Part shown: piece after piece, positions 32,994 to 43,547 of the stretch
Numbering within the stretch: the stretch's first letter is position 1
How the letters are laid out: every line of letters starts with the position of its first letter
Source of the DNA: Candidatus Onthomonas sp.
GTDB lineage: Bacteria > Bacillota > Clostridia > Oscillospirales > Oscillospiraceae
Assembly: GCA_051866815.1 (NCBI GenBank)
Contig: JBJDXS010000058.1
Coordinates: 31,706-95,705 of the forward strand
Reading direction: 5' to 3'
DNA length: 64,000 nucleotides
Notes under the pieces: generated by a model
What the model was told of the DNA's origin: nothing
Database searches by the model: none
What the model saw: only the letters and a program-made list of their open reading frames with translations
Position numbers and translations under genes: made by a program

Positions 32994-35825
32994 ATGCAGG
33001 ATCACATTTTTGTAAAAGGCGCCCGGGTGAACAACCTGAAAAACGTGGATGTCTCCATCCCCCGGGACAAGCTGGTGGTGCTGACCGGCCTGTCCGGTTC
33101 AGGCAAATCCTCCCTGGCCTTTGACACCATCTACGCTGAGGGCCAGCGCCGGTATGTGGAGAGCCTGTCCTCCTATGCCCGGATGTTTTTGGGCCAGATG
33201 GAGAAGCCGGACGTGGACTATATTGACGGCCTCTCTCCCGCCATCTCCATCGATCAGAAGACCACCTCCAAGAATCCCCGCTCCACCGTGGGTACCGTCA
33301 CCGAGATCTATGACTACCTCCGCCTGCTCTGGGCCCGGGTGGGCATCCCCCACTGCCCCAAGTGCGGCAAGGAGATCCGTCAGCAGACGGTGGATCAGAT
33401 TGTGGATCAGGTCATGTCCCTGCCTCCCGCCACCCGGATTCAGATTCTGGCCCCGGTGGTCCGGGGCCGGAAGGGCGAGCATCAGAAGGTGTTCGAGGAT
33501 GCCCGGCGCTCCGGCTATGTCCGGGTGCGGGCGGACGGCTCCCTCTACGACCTGACCGAGACCATTCAGCTGGACAAGAACAAAAAGCACTCCATCGAGA
33601 TTGTCATCGACCGGCTTGTCATCCGGGAGGACATCACCCAGCGGCTCACCGACTCCATCGAGACCGCCTCCGCCCTCTCCGGCGGCCTGGTGATTGTCAA
33701 CCTGGCCCAGGAGGACCGGGACCTGTCCTTCTCCCAGAACTACGCCTGCGAGGACTGCGGCATCTCCATCGAAGAGCTGACTCCCCGGATGTTCTCCTTT
33801 AACAACCCCTACGGCGCCTGCCCCACCTGTTCCGGCCTGGGCAGCCAGCTCAAGGTGGATCCTAACCTGATCATCCCCAACGACGGACTCTCTCTGATGG
33901 ACGGAGCCATCTCCGCCTCCGGCTGGAACAACGTCAAGGGAGACGGCATCAGCCGGATGTACTTTGACGCCCTGTCCGCCAAATATCATTTTAAGCTCAC
34001 CGAACCCTTCCGGGCTCTGTCCGAGGAGGCCAAGCAGGTCATTCTCTACGGCACCCAGGGGGAAAAGCTTACCCTCCACTACGACCAGCCCCGGGGTAAG
34101 GGCACCCTCTACCAGCCCTTTGAGGGCATCGTCCCCAATCTGGAGCGCCGCTATCGGGAGACCCAGTCCGACTCAGTGAAGCGGGAGCTGGAGCAGTGTA
34201 TGAGCGAGTGCCCCTGCCCGGAGTGCGGCGGCCGCCGGCTGCGGAAAGAGGCCCTGGCCGTCACGGTGGGCGGACTCTCCATCGACCAGGTCTGCGCGCT
34301 GCCGGTGGACGACGCTTTGGCGTTTTTTGACAAGCTGGAGCTGACCCACCAGCAGATGCTGATTGCGGAACGGATTCTCAAGGAGATCAAGACCCGGCTG
34401 GGCTTTCTGCGCAGCGTGGGCCTCCAGTATCTCACCCTCAGCCGCAAGGCGGGCACCCTCTCCGGAGGCGAGAGCCAGCGCATCCGGCTGGCCACCCAAA
34501 TTGGCTCCTCCCTCATGGGGGTGCTGTATATTCTGGACGAGCCCTCCATCGGCCTGCACCAGCGGGACAACGACATGCTGCTGGACACCCTCAAGCATCT
34601 CCGGGATCTGGGCAACACCCTGATCGTGGTGGAGCACGACGAGGACACCATGCGGGCCGCCGACTACCTCATCGACGTGGGCCCCGGTGCCGGCATCCAC
34701 GGCGGCGAGATTGTGGCGGCTGGCACTCCGGAGGAGGTCATGAACACCCCGGGGTCGATTACCGGTGACTATCTCTCCGGCCGCAAACGGATTCCCGTCC
34801 CCACCCAGCGGCGAACCGGCAGCGGGGAATATCTCACCGTCCGGGGCGCCCGGGAGAACAACCTGAAAAACATCGACGTGTCCATCCCTCTGGGCACCCT
34901 CACCGTGGTCACCGGCGTCTCCGGCTCGGGCAAGAGCTCCCTGGTCAATGAGATTATCCACAAGCGGCTGGCCGCCGACCTGAACCGGGCCAAGACCCAT
35001 CCAGGCAAGCACACTGCTCTGGAAGGGGAGGAGCATCTGGACAAGGTGATCTGTATCGACCAGTCCCCCATCGGCCGCACCCCCCGCTCCAACCCGGCCA
35101 CCTATACCGGCCTCTTCTCCGACATCCGGGATCTCTTCGCCTCCACCCAGGACGCCAAGGCCCGGGGCTACGGCTCCGGCCGGTTCTCCTTTAACGTCCG
35201 GGGCGGCCGCTGCGAGGCCTGCGGCGGCGACGGCCTGGTCAAGATTGAGATGCACTTTCTCCCCGACATTTATGTCCCCTGCGAGGTGTGCAAGGGCAAG
35301 CGGTACAACCGGGAGACGTTGGAGGTCAAATACAAGGGGAAAAATATCTGGGAAGTACTGGACATGACGGTGGAGGAGGGGTTAGAATTTTTCCAGCCTC
35401 TGCCCAAGCTGTACAACCGGATCAAGACCCTCTACGATGTGGGTCTGGGCTATATCAAGCTGGGTCAGCCCTCCACCACTCTCTCCGGCGGCGAGGCCCA
35501 GCGGGTCAAGCTGGCTACCGAGCTGTCCAAGGTCTCCACCGGCAATACCTTCTATATCCTGGACGAGCCCACCACCGGCCTGCACGCGGCGGACGTGCAC
35601 AAGCTGCTGGAGGTGCTGCAGCGGCTCACCGAGTCCGGCAACACGGTGCTGGTCATCGAGCACAATCTGGACGTCATCAAGACGGCGGACTACCTCATCG
35701 ACCTGGGCCCCGAGGGGGGCGCGGGGGGCGGCACGGTGGTCTGTACCGGCACCCCGGAGGAGGTCGCCGCCTGTCCCCGGTCCTACACCGGAAGGTATCT
35801 CAGGCCCCTGCTGGAGCGGGAATAA
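32994..35825 (+). CDS. uvrA: Excinuclease ABC subunit A
   Basis: [18 protein letters not shown], two ABC modules ([20 protein letters not shown]) and zinc-finger Cys pairs. The track start TTG 32988 overlaps the RAYT stop, so ATG 32994 is preferred. Confidence 0.96.
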   Translation: MQDHIFVKGARVNNLKNVDVSIPRDKLVVLTGLSGSGKSSLAFDTIYAEGQRRYVESLSSYARMFLGQMEKPDVDYIDGLSPAISIDQKTTSKNPRSTVGTVTEIYDYLRLLWARVGIPHCPKCGKEIRQQTVDQIVDQVMSLPPATRIQILAPVVRGRKGEHQKVFEDARRSGYVRVRADGSLYDLTETIQLDKNKKHSIEIVIDRLVIREDITQRLTDSIETASALSGGLVIVNLAQEDRDLSFSQNYACEDCGISIEELTPRMFSFNNPYGACPTCSGLGSQLKVDPNLIIPNDGLSLMDGAISASGWNNVKGDGISRMYFDALSAKYHFKLTEPFRALSEEAKQVILYGTQGEKLTLHYDQPRGKGTLYQPFEGIVPNLERRYRETQSDSVKRELEQCMSECPCPECGGRRLRKEALAVTVGGLSIDQVCALPVDDALAFFDKLELTHQQMLIAERILKEIKTRLGFLRSVGLQYLTLSRKAGTLSGGESQRIRLATQIGSSLMGVLYILDEPSIGLHQRDNDMLLDTLKHLRDLGNTLIVVEHDEDTMRAADYLIDVGPGAGIHGGEIVAAGTPEEVMNTPGSITGDYLSGRKRIPVPTQRRTGSGEYLTVRGARENNLKNIDVSIPLGTLTVVTGVSGSGKSSLVNEIIHKRLAADLNRAKTHPGKHTALEGEEHLDKVICIDQSPIGRTPRSNPATYTGLFSDIRDLFASTQDAKARGYGSGRFSFNVRGGRCEACGGDGLVKIEMHFLPDIYVPCEVCKGKRYNRETLEVKYKGKNIWEVLDMTVEEGLEFFQPLPKLYNRIKTLYDVGLGYIKLGQPSTTLSGGEAQRVKLATELSKVSTGNTFYILDEPTTGLHAADVHKLLEVLQRLTESGNTVLVIEHNLDVIKTADYLIDLGPEGGAGGGTVVCTGTPEEVAACPRSYTGRYLRPLLERE

Positions 35826-35976
35826 CCGGCTCCGGCTGCCTTGCGCCAATTTTAAGGTTTTTATAATCCCTTTTTCAGCTTTCTATGCTATACTGTATCC
35901 GCTTTTCCAAAGCGCCTCCCTGGCAGGGCTGGGGAGCAAACCGCACCAGACGCCCCGGCATAGAGGAGGATGTTCT

Positions 35977-36456
35977 TTGTTTGACTGGCTGACCGGCTCT
36001 CTGGCCGGAAAATATGTATTCACCTTTTTCGCCTCCATGGTTCCGATCATGGAGCTGCGGGGGGCTATCCCCATCGGTGTGGGCCTGGGTCTGCCCCTGG
36101 TGCCCACCATTATCACCTGCATTCTGGGCAATATGGTCCCCGTACCTTTTATCATCCTGTTCATCCGGCGCATCTTTCAGTGGATGCGCACCCTGCTGCC
36201 CAAGCTGGACGGTCTGGTCACCCGGATGGAAAACAAGGCCTACAGCAAAAAGGATCTGATCGACCGGTACAAAATGCTGGGCCTGTACATCCTGGTGGCG
36301 ATTCCCCTCCCCGGCACCGGCGCCTGGACCGGCTCTCTGGTGGCCGCCCTCTTTGACATCCGGCTGAAAAACGCCTTTCCCATCATCTTCGCCGGCGTGG
36401 TCACTGCCGGACTGGTGATCGGCCTGCTCACCGGCGGCGTGGTTGCTCTGCTGTGA
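35977..36456 (+). CDS. COG2426-type small membrane protein (annotated in databases as putative small multidrug export protein)
   Basis: MELRGAIPIG...PLPGTGAWTGSL motifs. TTG start 6 nt after AGAGGAGGA. The long track ORF from 35437 is an out-of-context extension overlapping uvrA. Confidence 0.72.
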   Translation: MFDWLTGSLAGKYVFTFFASMVPIMELRGAIPIGVGLGLPLVPTIITCILGNMVPVPFIILFIRRIFQWMRTLLPKLDGLVTRMENKAYSKKDLIDRYKMLGLYILVAIPLPGTGAWTGSLVAALFDIRLKNAFPIIFAGVVTAGLVIGLLTGGVVALL

Positions 36457-36499
36457 CCGATCTCCTCCCTCCGCCATAGAATGGACTGAGGTGAGGGAT

Positions 36500-36805
36500 A
36501 TGGAACCGCTGACTGCTGTCGTCGCCCTGCTGGCCGCCTTTGGCCTGGCCGCCCTGCTCTGGCTCTGCCTGGGCCGGCTGCTGCTGCCGGTGGGAGCCAT
36601 GGAGCCGGTGCAGGTGTCCCTGATGCCCGGCCCCAGCCTGGAGCAGAATCTGAAGGGGCTCCAGTGGCTGGCCGCTGTGGGACTGCTGGACGCCCGGGTG
36701 ACGGTGATTGACCCCGGCCTGCTGCCCCAGGAGCGGGCGGAAACCCTGCGGCTGCTCCGCCGCTGGCCGGGAATTCCTCTGGTCTCCGCGGAGCGGAGGC
36801 ATTGA
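36500..36805 (+). CDS. Hypothetical small membrane-anchored protein
   Basis: 101 aa from ATG 36500 (GAGGTGAGGG SD), with one N-terminal TM helix. No motif recognised. Confidence 0.45.
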   Translation: MEPLTAVVALLAAFGLAALLWLCLGRLLLPVGAMEPVQVSLMPGPSLEQNLKGLQWLAAVGLLDARVTVIDPGLLPQERAETLRLLRRWPGIPLVSAERRH

Positions 36806-36832
36806 GGCGCCGTCGATGCACGCTTTGAACCG

Positions 36833-36855
36833 GCGGGGGCAAGCCCCCGCCCTAC
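36833..36855 (-). repeat. REP-like hairpin repeat, copy 11 (plus strand reads GCGGGGGCAAGCCCCCGCCCTAC)
   Basis: Its reverse complement matches copy 8 apart from one C fewer. Confidence 0.7.
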
Positions 36856-36960
36856 GTCAGCATTTATCTATGGATCTGCAATTGACCAAGCCTTGAAGCT
36901 GTCGAATATCCTTTCGGCAGCTTCAAGCATAAATTACGTTCAAAGGAAGGAGGAGGACAG

Positions 36961-39243
36961 ATGCTGGAACCGGAGCTGCCGGAGGAATCCGGCCGGGAGA
37001 CCCTGGAGGCTACCGCCGAGGCGGTGATCTTTCAGAATCAGGACAACGGCTATACTGTCCTCCGCTGTTCCGGCGGGGGTGACCACTTTACCGCCGTGGG
37101 CATTATGCCCCGGGTGGCCCCGGGGGAGCTGCTCACCCTGGAGGGGAGCTGGGTGACTCACCCCTCCTTTGGTGATCAGTTCAAGGCGGACTCCGTCCGG
37201 CTCCGGCTGCCCACCGGCACCGAGGCCATCTACCGCTATCTGGCCTCCGGCGTCATCAAGGGCATTGGGGAGAAGATGGCGAAAAAGCTGGTGGATCAGT
37301 TCGGGGAGGACACCTTTGAGGTGCTGGAGTTCCACCCGGAGCAACTGGCCTCCCTCAAGGGCATCACCGCCAAAAAGGCCCGGGCCATTCAGGCGGAGTT
37401 CATCCAGAAGTCCGGCATGCGCAGTCTGCTGGAATTTCTCACCCAGCACGGCCTCCCGGCGGAGCTGGGGCCCAAGCTTTGGAAGGTCTACGGCCCCGGC
37501 GCCCTGGAGGTGCTCCACGTCAACCCCTATGTGCTGCTGGGTGGCGACTTGGGGGTGGACTTCGCTACCGCTGACCGGCTGGCCGCGGCGGCCGGCATCC
37601 ACGCTGACGACGCCCAGCGGCTGGAGGCGGGGGTGCTCTACACCCTGAGCCACAATCTGGACAACGGCCATGTCTTCCTTCCACGGGACAAGCTGCTCCA
37701 GACGGCGGGCCGCTTACTCTCCACCGACCCTCAGATCCCCATTGGCCCCGACCTGCTGGACGAGGCCCTGGACGCCCTCTCCGTCCGGGGCAGGGTGGTG
37801 CAGCAGGAGATTCTGGGCCTCCCCGCCGTCTACCGCAGCGACCTCTATGAGGCGGAGGAGTACATCGCCCAGCGGCTCCGGGAGATGGCGGCCAATGAGC
37901 TGCTGGTGCCTGAGCGCCTGCCGCAGCTGGTAGATCAGGTGGAGCAGGAGGCGGACATCCACTATGCCGCCCAGCAGCGTCAGGCAGTGGAGCTGGCCGC
38001 CCGGCGGCAGGTGATTCTGCTCACCGGCGGCCCGGGCACCGGAAAGACCACCACCCTCAAGGGCATTCTGGCCTGCTTTGAGGCCATGGGGCTGGAGACC
38101 GCTCTGGCGGCCCCCACCGGCCGGGCGGCCAAGCGGCTGGGGGAGCTGTGCAATGCCGAGGCCTTCACCATCCACCGGCTGCTGGAGGCGGGCTATGACC
38201 AGGAGACGGATCAGCTGGCCTTTACCCACAACGAGGACAACCCCCTGGATGCCGAGGCGGTCATCGTGGACGAGATGAGTATGGTGGACATCCCCCTGAT
38301 GGACTCCCTGCTCCGGGCGGTCTCCGGCGGCTGCCGGCTGGTGCTGGTGGGCGACCCGGATCAGCTGCCCAGCGTGGGCCCGGGCCAACTCTTTGACCAT
38401 CTCATCCGCAGCGGGGTGATTCCCACCGTCCAGCTCACCGAGATCTTCCGCCAGGCCCGGAAGTCCCAGATTGTCATGGGCGCCCATCAGATCAACCAGG
38501 GGCTGCTGCCTCCGCTGGCCAACCGGGGCGGCAGTCAGGACTTTTTCTTTCTCCGGCGGCTTCAGGGGGAGCAGGCGGTGCAGACGATTGTGGAGCTGTG
38601 CAAGACCCGGCTGCCCCAAAACATGGGGATCCCCGCTGACCAGATCCAGGTGCTCTCTCCCACCCGGCGGTATATCACCGGAACCGCCAGCCTGAACAAG
38701 GCCCTCCAGGAGGCGCTGAATCCCCCGGCGGACGGCAAGGGGGAGGTCAAGTGCGGCTCGGTGATCTTCCGAACCGGTGACCGGGTGATGCAGATCAAGA
38801 ACAATTACGACATCCTCTGGCGGGAGGAGGATGGGCTCAAGGGCGGCATGGGGATTTTCAACGGAGACATCGGCACCGTCCTCTCCGCAGAGCCTCACGA
38901 GCGCATTGTCACCGTCAGCTTTGACGGCCGGGTGGTGGAGTATACCTCCGACCTGCTCCCGGAACTGGAGCTGGCCTATGCCATGACTGTCCACAAGTCC
39001 CAGGGCAGCGAGTACCGGGCGGTGATTCTGGCCGCCGTCAGCGGCGCACCCATGCTGCTGACCCGGGGGGTGCTGTATACCGCCGTCACCCGGGCCAGGA
39101 GCCTGTTCATCGCTGTGGGAGATGAGCAGGTACTGGACAAGATGGTGCAGAACAACCGCCAGACCCGGCGGTACAGCGGCCTCCGGGCCCGGCTCACCGG
39201 CCAGGTGGGACCGGCGGAGATCAACGGGGAGCTGCCTTTTTAA
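36961..39243 (+). CDS. recD2: SF1B ATP-dependent RecD2-type DNA helicase
   Basis: 760 aa. N-terminal HhH/OB region, Walker A LTGGPGTGKTT, DEMSMVD, and a C-terminal AMTVHKSQGSEY motif. Confidence 0.9.
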   Translation: MLEPELPEESGRETLEATAEAVIFQNQDNGYTVLRCSGGGDHFTAVGIMPRVAPGELLTLEGSWVTHPSFGDQFKADSVRLRLPTGTEAIYRYLASGVIKGIGEKMAKKLVDQFGEDTFEVLEFHPEQLASLKGITAKKARAIQAEFIQKSGMRSLLEFLTQHGLPAELGPKLWKVYGPGALEVLHVNPYVLLGGDLGVDFATADRLAAAAGIHADDAQRLEAGVLYTLSHNLDNGHVFLPRDKLLQTAGRLLSTDPQIPIGPDLLDEALDALSVRGRVVQQEILGLPAVYRSDLYEAEEYIAQRLREMAANELLVPERLPQLVDQVEQEADIHYAAQQRQAVELAARRQVILLTGGPGTGKTTTLKGILACFEAMGLETALAAPTGRAAKRLGELCNAEAFTIHRLLEAGYDQETDQLAFTHNEDNPLDAEAVIVDEMSMVDIPLMDSLLRAVSGGCRLVLVGDPDQLPSVGPGQLFDHLIRSGVIPTVQLTEIFRQARKSQIVMGAHQINQGLLPPLANRGGSQDFFFLRRLQGEQAVQTIVELCKTRLPQNMGIPADQIQVLSPTRRYITGTASLNKALQEALNPPADGKGEVKCGSVIFRTGDRVMQIKNNYDILWREEDGLKGGMGIFNGDIGTVLSAEPHERIVTVSFDGRVVEYTSDLLPELELAYAMTVHKSQGSEYRAVILAAVSGAPMLLTRGVLYTAVTRARSLFIAVGDEQVLDKMVQNNRQTRRYSGLRARLTGQVGPAEINGELPF

Positions 39244-39254
39244 GCTTGAGAAAC

Positions 39255-39288
39255 GCCCAGCTTCGGGAGGTAAATCCCGAAGCTGGGC
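39255..39288. terminator. Bidirectional terminator between recD2 and spoIID
   Basis: GCCCAGCTTCGGGA-GGTAAA-TCCCGAAGCTGGGC (14-bp perfect stem), followed by ATTTTT. Confidence 0.8.
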
Positions 39289-39292
39289 ATTT

Positions 39293-40405
39293 TTACTGCG
39301 CAGTCAGCTCTGTCCCGGGATAATAGTGGGCCAGAATCCCGGCATAGTCTGCCCCCTGCTCCGCCAGCACGTTGGCCCCGTACTGGCTCATGCCCACTCC
39401 GTGGCCGTAGCCGGTGACATAGAAGGTGACCTTGTCCTCGGCGCACTCTACCTCAAAGGTGGCGGAGCGCAGTCCGCAGAGGCTGCGCAGCTCCTGGGCG
39501 GTGACGGTGACCCCGCCCACGGTGAAGGAGGCGGGTGCGCCGCTGTCGTCCGTCTCCGGCGTACCGAACCAGCTTTCGCAGGAGCCGGAGAGGTCTGCCG
39601 CCGGGTAAGCCGCCAGGAAGAGGTCGGAAAACTCCTGGGCGGTCAGGCTGACCACGCTGTAGTAGTTGGGGGCGTCCTCCTCCCCCTCGGGGCTGTCTAC
39701 CGACACCAGGTAGGGGACGCTCCTGCCCCAGACCGCCTGGGCGGAGCGGGTCTTTCCGGCGGAGGAGGCGTGGAACACCGCCAGAATCGGCTCTCCCTCC
39801 CAGGTGAGCACCTGATCCTGGGTGGCCTCCAGCGCGGCGGTGATCCGGTCTGCGTAGGTCTGCTGATCCTCCTCCGGCCACTGGGCCAGCCTGTCCTCCC
39901 GGGAGATCCAGGCCTGGCAGCAGCTGTAATCGGTGCACACGTCCGCGTCTGGGTGGGCCTCCTTGGGATGGGCCAGGTGGTACAGGGTATAGGTGCGGGC
40001 GGCCACCGCCTGGGCCTTCAGCGCCTCATCCTGAAAGGATGCGGGCATCTCCGCCGCCAGCACCCCCCACAGGTAGTCCTCCAGTTCCATGGCTTCCACC
40101 GTCCCGTCCGGGAGCAGCACCCGCAGACGGGTCTTGTCCGAGCCGCTGTCCGTCTGTTCCCCCGTCTCAGCGCTGGAGGCCTGTACATCGTCTTGGACTT
40201 CGTCAGAAGGCGTATGCTCTTCCGCTGCGTCAGTTCCCTCATCCAAAGCGAGGGCAGGCGCAGTGGCCGGTTCCTCTTCTTGGGATTCCTCCTGATCTTG
40301 GGCAGGCGGCTCTGCCGTGGACGGCTCCCGGGGCAGGACGCCCAGAGGGAGCACCAGCAGCGCCAGAACCAGGGCGGCAGACAACAGGGTAATCCGATGC
40401 AGCAT
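39293..40405 (-). CDS. spoIID: Stage II sporulation protein D (SpoIID/LytB domain lytic transglycosylase)
   Basis: Signal/TM N-terminus and an acidic low-complexity linker, then AVAARTY, FHASSAGKT, VPYLVSVDSP and GHGVGMSQYGA motifs. Confidence 0.85.
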   Translation of the reverse strand: MLHRITLLSAALVLALLVLPLGVLPREPSTAEPPAQDQEESQEEEPATAPALALDEGTDAAEEHTPSDEVQDDVQASSAETGEQTDSGSDKTRLRVLLPDGTVEAMELEDYLWGVLAAEMPASFQDEALKAQAVAARTYTLYHLAHPKEAHPDADVCTDYSCCQAWISREDRLAQWPEEDQQTYADRITAALEATQDQVLTWEGEPILAVFHASSAGKTRSAQAVWGRSVPYLVSVDSPEGEEDAPNYYSVVSLTAQEFSDLFLAAYPAADLSGSCESWFGTPETDDSGAPASFTVGGVTVTAQELRSLCGLRSATFEVECAEDKVTFYVTGYGHGVGMSQYGANVLAEQGADYAGILAHYYPGTELTAQ

Positions 40406-40535
40406 AGGCGGTCTCTCCTTGCAATATTACTGCTTTGCTTGTGCAAGATTTTGGTATAAGCGGCAAAAACAACAACTGTATTTGGATTATTATGACAGAA
40501 GTGATTCGGTTTATTCATATCGGCGGGGGATGGCG

Positions 40536-40564
40536 TTGACTTCTCCCGGCAGTTACGATATACT
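40536..40564 (+). promoter_or_regulatory. Citrate synthase promoter candidate (TTGACT-17-TATACT)
   Basis: TTGACT at 40536-40541 and TATACT at 40559-40564. Confidence 0.5.
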
Positions 40565-40650
40565 GAATACAATGGTTCCCGGAAAGACGGCCTGTCCGGT
40601 TTTCCGCGAGGAAACCCTTGATTATTCCAGAGAAAAGGCGCTGAACAGCT

Positions 40651-42018
40651 ATGAGCAGAACTCTCTCCCCCGAAACCACACAATACATCCAGGAGCTGAG
40701 CCATCAGCTGCAGGGAACCAAGCCCCTGCGGCCGGAGCTGTATGAGAAATATCAGGTCAAACGCGGCCTGCGCAATCCGGACGGTACCGGCGTTATGGCT
40801 GGCCTCACCCAGGTGGGCAGCGTTCAGGGCTACTACCTCCAGGACGGCGAGAAGACCCCGGCGGAGGGTCGCCTGATCTATCGGGGCATCAATGTGGAGG
40901 ATCTGATCCGGGGCTGCGTCTCTGAGGGCCGGTTTGGCTTTGAGGAGACTGCCTATCTGCTGCTCATGGGCAAGCTGCCCAACCGGCAGCAGCTGACCAG
41001 CTTCCAGCAGGCCCTGGAGGAGATGCGTCCGCTGCCCCATATGTTCACCGAGGATATGATCCTGAAAGCCCCCAGTAAGGATCTGATGAACAAGCTGGCC
41101 CGCAGCGTCCTGACCCTCTATTCCTATGACCCGGATCCGGAAACTATGACGGTGGAAAATCAGCTGCGGCTGTCCATGCAGCTCATCGCCAGTACCCCTA
41201 TGATCGTGGCCCACGCCTATGCCGCCAAGCGGTGCTATTTTGACAAGGGCTCCCTCTACCTCCACCGGTCTCAGGCCGGAAAGGGGACGGCGGAAAACTT
41301 CCTGGCTGCCGCCCGGGACGACCAGCAGTACACCGAGGAAGAGGCCCGGCTGCTGGACCTCTGCCTGATTCTCCACGCGGAGCACGGCGGCGGCAACAAC
41401 TCCACCTTTACCTGCCGGGTCATCTCCTCCTCCTATACCGACATCTTCTCCTCCATCGCGGCGGCGGTGGGCTCCCTGAAGGGCCCTCGGCACGGCGGCG
41501 CCAACATCAAGTGCAAGCAGATGATCGACTACATCGCGGAAAACGTCCACGACTGGGAGGATGACGACGAGCTGTCCGCCTGCCTGGCCGGCCTGCTGCG
41601 CCGGGAGGGCTTTGACCGGTCCGGTCTGATCTACGGCATGGGCCACGCCGTGTACACCCTCTCCGACCCCAGAGCGAAGGTGCTGAAAAAGTTCAGCCGC
41701 AATCTGGCTGTCCAGAAAGGGATGGAGAAGCGGCTCAACCTGATCGAGAGCGTGGAGCGGCTCACACCCCAGGTGTTCTACCGGGTCACCGGCAAGGACA
41801 AGGTGATGTGCGCCAACGTGGATCTGTACTCCGGCTTTGTTTACGACATGCTCAACATCCCCGAGGAGCTGTATACGCCGCTCTTTGCTACCGCCCGTAT
41901 GGTGGGCTGGTGCGCCCACCGGATGGAGGAGATCTTCAGCGGCGGCAAGATCATCCGGCCCGCTTATAAGGCAATTGCCCCCCGCAGTCCCTTTATTCCT
42001 CTGGACGATCGGAACTGA
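40651..42018 (+). CDS. Citrate synthase (citrate/2-methylcitrate synthase family)
   Basis: 455 aa, with LILHAEHGGGNNSTF and GMGHAVYTLSDPR catalytic His contexts. Confidence 0.9.
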   Translation: MSRTLSPETTQYIQELSHQLQGTKPLRPELYEKYQVKRGLRNPDGTGVMAGLTQVGSVQGYYLQDGEKTPAEGRLIYRGINVEDLIRGCVSEGRFGFEETAYLLLMGKLPNRQQLTSFQQALEEMRPLPHMFTEDMILKAPSKDLMNKLARSVLTLYSYDPDPETMTVENQLRLSMQLIASTPMIVAHAYAAKRCYFDKGSLYLHRSQAGKGTAENFLAAARDDQQYTEEEARLLDLCLILHAEHGGGNNSTFTCRVISSSYTDIFSSIAAAVGSLKGPRHGGANIKCKQMIDYIAENVHDWEDDDELSACLAGLLRREGFDRSGLIYGMGHAVYTLSDPRAKVLKKFSRNLAVQKGMEKRLNLIESVERLTPQVFYRVTGKDKVMCANVDLYSGFVYDMLNIPEELYTPLFATARMVGWCAHRMEEIFSGGKIIRPAYKAIAPRSPFIPLDDRN

Positions 42019-42129
42019 CTGTGGTAAAATAAACAATAGCGGCAGTTGTTTTTCAAAATTGATTCCCATTTTGCGGCGGACTGTCCGGCATGGCAGTCCG
42101 CCGCTGTTTTATCGGAAAGGAGCAGCACC

Positions 42130-43476
42130 ATGGAAGAGAGACGGCATCCACGCCATTCCCAGAGACGGCCTGCCCGACGCAGACGGAGACTGAACCCCGG
42201 CTTTGTGCTCTGCTCGGTCTGCTCTGTTCTCATCGTTATCTGCCTGTGCATCGGGGGCGTCCAGTATCTGGTGGCCCAGGGAGAGGCTAAGGAGCAGGCC
42301 GCCAAGGAGGCCGCCGAGCAGGCCGCCCGGGAGGAAGAAGAGCGCAGAGCAGCGGAGGAAGCTGCTGCCGCGGAGGCCGCCAAATATGACTTCACCATCT
42401 CCTTCATGGGAGACGTGAATCTGGACGACAGTTGGTCCACCATGACTTACCTGTCCCAGCAGCCCAACGGTATCTCCGACTGCTTTGATCCCGACCTGCT
42501 GGAGAAGATGCAGAGCGCTGATCTGTTCTGCATCAACAGCGAGTTCGCCTTCACTGACCGGGGAACGCCCCTGGATGGCAAGAGCTACACCTTCCGCTCC
42601 CGGCCCTCCAATGTGTCCATCTACCAGACCATGGGGGTGGATCTGGTCACCCTGGCCAACAACCACATCTACGACTTCGGCCCCGAGGGCCTGACCGACA
42701 CGCTCAAGACGCTGGATGACGCCGGTATTGCCCATGTGGGCGCGGGGGAGACCCTGGCCGACGCCTCCACTCCCTATTACTGCGAGATTCAGGGTGTGAC
42801 GGTGGCCTTTGTCAACGCCTGCTGTGCCGAGCAGCACCGTTTCACCCCGGAGGCCACTGAGGACAGCTCCGGCGTCCTGCTGTGCTACGAGACGGACAAG
42901 TTCCTCCGGTCCATCCGGGAGGCCCGGAGCAATGCCGACTATGTCATCGCTCTGGTCCACTGGGGCACCGACTATGTCTACGAGACCAGCGACAGCCAGC
43001 GCTCCACCGCCCAGGACTATATCATCGCCGGTGCCGACGCCGTGATCGGCACCCACTCCCACAGCCTTCAGGGCATCGAATACTACAACGGAAAGCCTAT
43101 CTTTTACAGCCTGGGCTCCTGCTGGTTCAACGACAAGACGCTGGAGACCTTTCTGCTGGAGCTCCGGTTTACCGGCGATGGCAGCGGAGGTGACATGACC
43201 GCCACCATCGTCCCGGCTATCCAAAAGGGCTGCACCACCAGCCTGACTCAGACCACGGAGGAGTGGCAGCGGGTGGTTGACCTCATCCTCGAGTACTCCG
43301 CCGATGTCCATATTGGCAGCGACGGCCTGCTGGGCCAGGGTGAAGCCCCGGCGGAGGCACCGGTGGACGACGCTGCTGATGTGCCGGAGGTGGACGACGC
43401 TGCTGATGCGCCGGAGGCGGATGACGGAGCCGACGCTCCGGGGACACCTGCTGAGGACAGCGAGGCGGCAGGATGA
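42130..43476 (+). CDS. CapA-family (PGA_cap metallophosphatase-like) membrane-anchored protein, second paralog
   Basis: Poly-Arg N-terminus plus TM anchor, then FMGDVNLD, NNHIYDFG and GTHSHSLQG. The acidic C-terminal tail is encoded by 3 tandem 27-bp repeats. Start at ATG 42130, after GGAAAGGAG. Confidence 0.8.
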   Translation: MEERRHPRHSQRRPARRRRRLNPGFVLCSVCSVLIVICLCIGGVQYLVAQGEAKEQAAKEAAEQAAREEEERRAAEEAAAAEAAKYDFTISFMGDVNLDDSWSTMTYLSQQPNGISDCFDPDLLEKMQSADLFCINSEFAFTDRGTPLDGKSYTFRSRPSNVSIYQTMGVDLVTLANNHIYDFGPEGLTDTLKTLDDAGIAHVGAGETLADASTPYYCEIQGVTVAFVNACCAEQHRFTPEATEDSSGVLLCYETDKFLRSIREARSNADYVIALVHWGTDYVYETSDSQRSTAQDYIIAGADAVIGTHSHSLQGIEYYNGKPIFYSLGSCWFNDKTLETFLLELRFTGDGSGGDMTATIVPAIQKGCTTSLTQTTEEWQRVVDLILEYSADVHIGSDGLLGQGEAPAEAPVDDAADVPEVDDAADAPEADDGADAPGTPAEDSEAAG

Positions 43477-43547
43477 CATTCTGATACGAAAAAGCCCTTC
43501 AACGTGCGCAAAGAGCCAGACTCCTTCGGGAGCCTGGCTCTTCGTGA

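Noticed and set aside
36893-36930. 10-bp palindrome CTTGAAGCTG...CAGCTTCAAG upstream of recD2, considered as a terminator or operator.
   Set aside because: There is no flanking U tract and no partner regulator or repeat elsewhere in the window. It is noted but cannot be interpreted from sequence alone.
40406-40535. Sigma-E-type sporulation promoter upstream of spoIID.
   Set aside because: I looked for ATATT-like -35 and CATACA-T -10 elements on the minus strand. Only poorly spaced partial matches turned up (GATATG ... CATAATAAT, about 21 nt apart), which is not good enough to call.
43363-43443. Tandem 27-bp repeats, and the REP hairpins, considered as a possible CRISPR array.
   Set aside because: The 27-bp repeats are contiguous, with no spacers, and in frame inside a CDS. 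The REP copies are dispersed kilobases apart with variable stems. No cas genes are present.
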